64,000 nucleotides of DNA from the human T2T-CHM13v2.0 reference genome, Homo sapiens, in the NCBI RefSeq assembly GCF_009914755.1, contig NC_060938.1. One strand, 5' to 3'. The notes under the pieces were generated by a model. The model was not told the DNA's origin. It saw only the letters and a list, made by a program, of their open reading frames with translations, and did no database searches. Positions 59,220 to 64,000 of the stretch are shown here, one piece after another. Numbering within the stretch: the stretch's first letter is position 1; every line of letters starts with the position of its first letter. The translations under genes and the position numbers were made by a program.

Positions 59220-60850
59220 TGATCCGCCCGCCTTGGCTGTAATCCCCAAAGTGCTGGGATTATAGGCGTGAGCCACCGCACCTGGCCAGTGATGTGATTT
59301 CTTACATCCCCAGCAGGTGTGTAGCACATCATGAACTTGATCTTGATGTTCAGATACTGCCCAATCTCATGTTCTTTGCACTTTATACTCTGTTGTTTCC
59401 CTGTATATCTGCTTCCAGTCTGGGGAAAAGCACCAAGTTGGACAGAAAGTAGACACAAAGATGCCTGTGCAGCAGCTCTTGCCAACTGGCTGCTGCTGCT
59501 GGAGTCGCTCCTCCTGCCTCTTCACCCTCCCTCCTCTGAGCCTGAGGCTCTGCTGCTGCCTGGGATGGATTTGGGAAACACCGGAGGAGGAAGAAGGGCA
59601 ATAGAGCCACCTCCCTGAAGTTCCTTTACTCATTTAATCAATAAAACAGTTAACAAATATTTAGCATTCTCCTATGGAGGGGAGGGTAGACCCTTCAAAA
59701 GGAATTGATAGGTGCTGGCTCTTTGCTTCAGGAAAGAGTTTCAACTCTGAAGCTATTGAACAACTGCCAGTTTTGAGGATAACCATCCTACCAGTCTAGT
59801 GAAGGTATAATTCACTAAGCATTTTAAAGATCCTGTTTGTCTGCAAAGGGAACTGTAGCAATGTCTGGTTCTTCAGGAATATTCCCTGAAACCTGGGATC
59901 TGGTCTGGCCAAACCAGGACATTTCTTCACCATCCTTCCATCCATCTATTACATTAGCTAACGTTAACTGAGCCTGCTCTGTGTCAGGTACAGGGTGAGG
60001 CTCAGAGGAGAAAATGGGAAGTAAGACTCAACCTCTGCCCTCAAGTTGTCATAGTTGAGGGTTGGGGGTAGGGGGGCAGAAGGCATGAAATCACCAGCTA
60101 CAGGACTGATTTGTCTATTAGAACTCTGGCCCCTGGTCTGGAATTACTTCTCCTGATCCCTGACAGCAGCTAACTTCCAGGCAAGGTGGGCATGTTCAGG
60201 GGTAGCTTTTCTTGGGAGATGGGGCTGGGATGCGTTCCTCCTGGAGTAGTGGTCTGGGTCTCATTGAGCTACAGCTCCTTTGCACGTGCAGCACCTGTCG
60301 ACCTGGCATGGAATCTTTTCAGTGAGTTTTCAAGCACTGTGCGTCTAGACCCACTTTTGCTGCTTTTGTTTGTCATCACGGAATGTTTGCTTGGGAGTGT
60401 TCTGCATAGAGGAGGAGAGAAATTGAATCCTTGCTATCTTGGTGACTGGCTTTCTCGGAGTTTGTGATAATTTCTGCAGGAGCATGAGCTGCATTTAATT
60501 CTCTCTGGTTGGGTCATCTAAGGACCAGTTCTTTGGAATTAGGGAGACAGAGTCTGTGAGTCTAGCACCTCCTTTTTAGCTTTCTGAATACTGCATCGAA
60601 ATCTGTGCAGTTTTCCACAGTGGCCCTGACCTCAAAACCGTTCTGATTCTGGAGGATTCTGTAGGAGTAGGTTCTTGAGCCTTGACGTGACCTGGGGAGA
60701 AACTTGGTAGGGCCCATGGCCATCAGTGGGAGTCCTGGGGGTTAATGTGGGCCTGGGAGAAAATGTGATTCTCCCTGGAGATTGGGCTCACTGTGTAGTG
60801 GCTTCTCTGTAGGTCCTAGGCAATCAGGGAAATGCCAGCTACCCTCTCAA

Positions 60851-62439
60851 TTGGTCTAGACTTGTTAGTTACCTAGGGACCATGGCCAACACCAGCGTTT
60901 TATTTTTCCATATCTGTATACAGCTTGTATTTTAAAAAATGTGTAATATTTAAGACCTAAGACAAAGTGTAAAAAGGAATTCAGTGATCACCCTCATGCT
61001 TATTGCCCAATTTCAGAAATAGTACACTTTACCCATGCAGTTATAGCCCGTGGGTACTTCCTCCCTGACTCCAACTTTCTTCCTGCATATCCAGAATTAA
61101 GCAGTATTTTCAATTCATTGTTTATTATTCCCATACACTTCTTTATAACCAACTATTCAGGTATTTCTGTGATATTTTTCATCCTGTCAACACTTTTTCC
61201 TTTCTTGGCTTTGTTCTAAGCAAAAATATCTGTGAAATTACAGGTTTGATTTTCTCTCTCTCTCTGTCTATCTAATGCATATGCAAATAAATATTCTGGG
61301 TACCAGCTGAAATTGCCTCTTGTACCACCTTTTGCATACCATCACTGCTGCAAGGTCGTACTTTGAGAAACAAGGCTGCAGCATCCGTAGCAGATGCTAC
61401 TGGGCTATGCCCTGGCTTGCACCCACTCTTGTCTCGATCTTTACCCTGCTGTTTTTGGCTACTCTCTTTCCGGCTCTTCTCTTTTCCTAGCTCACACCAT
61501 TCATCTCCTGGGAATGCTTTAGGATTGGAGATGCCTGATGTGATGGTGTTTGCTGCTGTGGTTCTAAAGCAGTGATCTTTTCCAAAGGCCACAGCTATAA
61601 TGAAACAAAACAACCCCCTGGGTTTTTGGTGGTATGAGCCCGTTGCTGTGTGCTGGGCATCTCTCCATTCTGATCAGCACACAGTTCCTCTCGTGTGCAT
61701 GTCTGCAGCTCCCTCACCTATGTGGGCTGCCTGGACACATGGGTGGGCTTCCTGCTACTTCAGAGCTGCCCTCCAGTTGCCCCTACCACCTGGTTCTACA
61801 GGGTAAGTGGAGCAGGCACAACACCCAGCTCCACAGAGAAGGTCCTGCATTGTGAGGACCTACACTTCTAACAAGGCCCTCTATGGGGCAGGAACTGGAG
61901 TAACCCTGGTTTCAGCCTGCCCTTGCCCATCTCAGACCCTATCCCAGACCAACCCAGGCTGGGCTTTTCATTGCTGATTGCTTTCCCCACTGAAAACCTC
62001 CAGCAGTTTTCTGACCCGCCCTGGACTGGGTGCTTCGGAGCTGTTTCCACCTCTGCTGGAAATGGATGTGGCAACATCATGAGAGATGCGGGGTAGGCAT
62101 AAGCTAGGACTTCCCTGTGGCTGAGGCAATTTAGTACTGGAGTGCATAGAAGTATCCTTGGTCTAGACTTATTAGTTACCTAGGGACCATGGCCAATACC
62201 AGCATTTTATTTTTCCATATCTGCATACAGCTTGTATTTTAAAAAATGCGAAATATTTAAGACCTAAGACAAAGTGTAAAAAATAATTCAGTGATCACCC
62301 TCATGATCATTGCCCAATTTCAAAAATAATACCTTACCCATGCAGTTGTAGCCTATGGGTACTTCTTTCCTGACTCCAGCCTTCTTTCTGTATAACCAGA
62401 ATTAAGCAGTATTTTGGATTCATTGTTTATCATTCCCAT
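60851..62439 (+). repeat. Dispersed direct repeat of ~284 bp (60851-61134 and 62158-62439), ~90% identical
   Basis: Both copies start TTGGTCTAGACTT(G/A)TTAGTTACCTAGGGACCATGGCCAA and end TTCATTGTTTAT(T/C)ATTCCCAT. Manual alignment gives about 27 differences. Confidence 0.92.
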
Positions 62440-62969
62440 GCAACAAAGCCAAATGTCCTTCACCCAGAACAGCTGTAAAGCAGCTTTCCAGAAACAGAAG
62501 AGATTTTATGTCTGTCATTAAGGTGGGAATGGGACAGCACCCAGGTGGTTCACAACCTGTCAGACAATCAGTCACCTGGGGAGCCTTATAAAGCACACAT
62601 TCCTTGGTCCTGTACACTAAAGATTTATTGTCAGTGATTCTGAGGTAAGGCCTGGAAAGCCTCACTCTGGTGTCCAGGCTGGAGTATAGTGGCTTGATCA
62701 TGGCTCACTGCATCACTGCATCCTCTACCTCTTGAGCTCAATTGATCCTCCCATCTTAGCCTCCCGAATAGCTGGGACTGCAGGCTTGCACCACCACACC
62801 TGGCTAATTTTTGTATTTTTTGTAGAGACAAGGTTTCGCCATGTTACCCAGGCTGGTTTAGAACTCCTGAGCTCAAACATTCCCCCTGCTTCGGCCTCCC
62901 AAAGTGCTGGGATTGTAAGCATGAGCCCTGCCAAAAGCCATATTTTTAATGAGTTCATCAGGTAGGCTC

Positions 62970-63356
62970 CTACTAATGGGTATCTCCAAGTTCGTGTTTT
63001 AGAAACTTAATCTGCAAAGCAAGAGTGTTGAGAAGTAGGACCTTCAAGAGATAATTAGGTCATAAGGGCTCTGCCCTCATGAATGGAATAATGCTGTTAC
63101 CGTGGGAATGGGTTCATTTTGGGTACCTTCCCTCTCTCCCTCTCTGTCTCCACCCACAATCCCCACCCTTTCATGGGCTCTCTGACTCTTCTACCTTCCA
63201 TTATGGGATGACCTAGCAAGACGGCCCTTGCCAGATGCGGGTCTCTTGGTCATGGGCTTCCCAGCCTCTAGAACTATTTAAAACAATGTTTTGTTTTGTT
63301 TTTAAAAAGTGATCCAGTCTCAAGGATTTTGTTATAGAAGCACAAATGGATGAAGA
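62970..63356 (+). mobile_element. MST/MLT1A-like MaLR LTR
   Basis: AGGGCTCTGCCCTCATGAATGG, CTTCCCAGCCTCTAGAAC and TTTTGTTATAGAAGCACAAATGGA. Confidence 0.7.
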
Positions 63357-63520
63357 TGGCTTCTGCTGCACTGTACTTAGGGGTCTCTATTATCTCATTT
63401 AATTTTTACAGTAGCCCAATGAGGTAAATACCATTGTTATCATCCCTGTTTTACAGATGAAGAAACTGATGAACAGACGGATGGAGTGACTTGTTCAAGC
63501 GTCCACAGCTAGCAAGCGGG

Positions 63521-63760
63521 TGTACTAATTTCCTGTGATTGCCATAACAAATTACCACAAATTGGGTGGTTTAAGGCAATAGAAGTTTATTCTCCTACAT
63601 TTCTTAAGGCCAGAGGCCCAAAATCAAAGAACCCCCAGGACCATGCTGCTGGTGGGAAGCATTCTAGGGAAGAACCCTTCCTTGCCTTTTCTGGTGGCAC
63701 CAGGCATTCCTGTGGCTGCATCATTGCAATCTCTGCAATCTAAGCCTCTATCTCCTCTAC
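63521..63760 (-). mobile_element. MLT1-like LTR fragment
   Basis: TGTACTAATTTCCTGTGATTGCCATAACAAATTACCACAAATTGGGTGGTTTAA. Confidence 0.7.
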
Positions 63761-64000
63761 CTTTTCTTTCTTTCTTTTTTTTTTTTTTTTTTTGAGATGG
63801 AGTCTTGCTCTGTCATCTAGACTGAAGTGCAATGGTGCGATCTTGGCTCACTGCAACCTCTGACCCCCGGGTTTAAGCGATTCCCCTGCCTCAGCCTCCC
63901 GAGTAGCTGGGATTACAGGTGCCTGCCACCTCATCCGGCTACAGGGGAATCAACTAATTTTTTGTATTTTTAGTAGAGACAGGGTTTCACCATGTTGGTC

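Overview
Human (or closely related great-ape) genomic DNA, extremely Alu-rich (roughly half the window or more). It contains the 5' end of ADCK1 (aarF domain-containing kinase 1, a mitochondrial UbiB/ABC1-family atypical kinase) on the + strand. The gene starts at a CpG-island promoter with a ZNF143/THAP11-type motif and a non-coding exon 1 (~27074-27165). Exon 2 (45978-46123) carries the ATG at 45989, exon 3 lies at 49442-49525, and the kinase-domain exons lie beyond the window. Positions 1-27000 are upstream intergenic DNA. Almost all ORFs in the supplied track are Alu/LTR translation artefacts. Notable elements are a complete HERV-K(HML-2) LTR5_Hs solo LTR with a 6-bp TSD about 4.5 kb upstream of the TSS, a near-consensus AluYa5, and an RNY1 retropseudogene in intron 2. 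I see no evidence of a new gene system. The most unusual signals are structural scars readable from displaced target-site duplications: a ~1.35 kb inversion that splits a THE1 LTR and two Alus (5850-7198), a flipped 23-bp spacer between tail-to-tail Alus in intron 1 (32225-32247), a ~284-bp dispersed duplication in intron 3, and several fold-back or templated insertions. Repeat subfamily names come from recalled consensus sequences and need RepeatMasker/Dfam confirmation.
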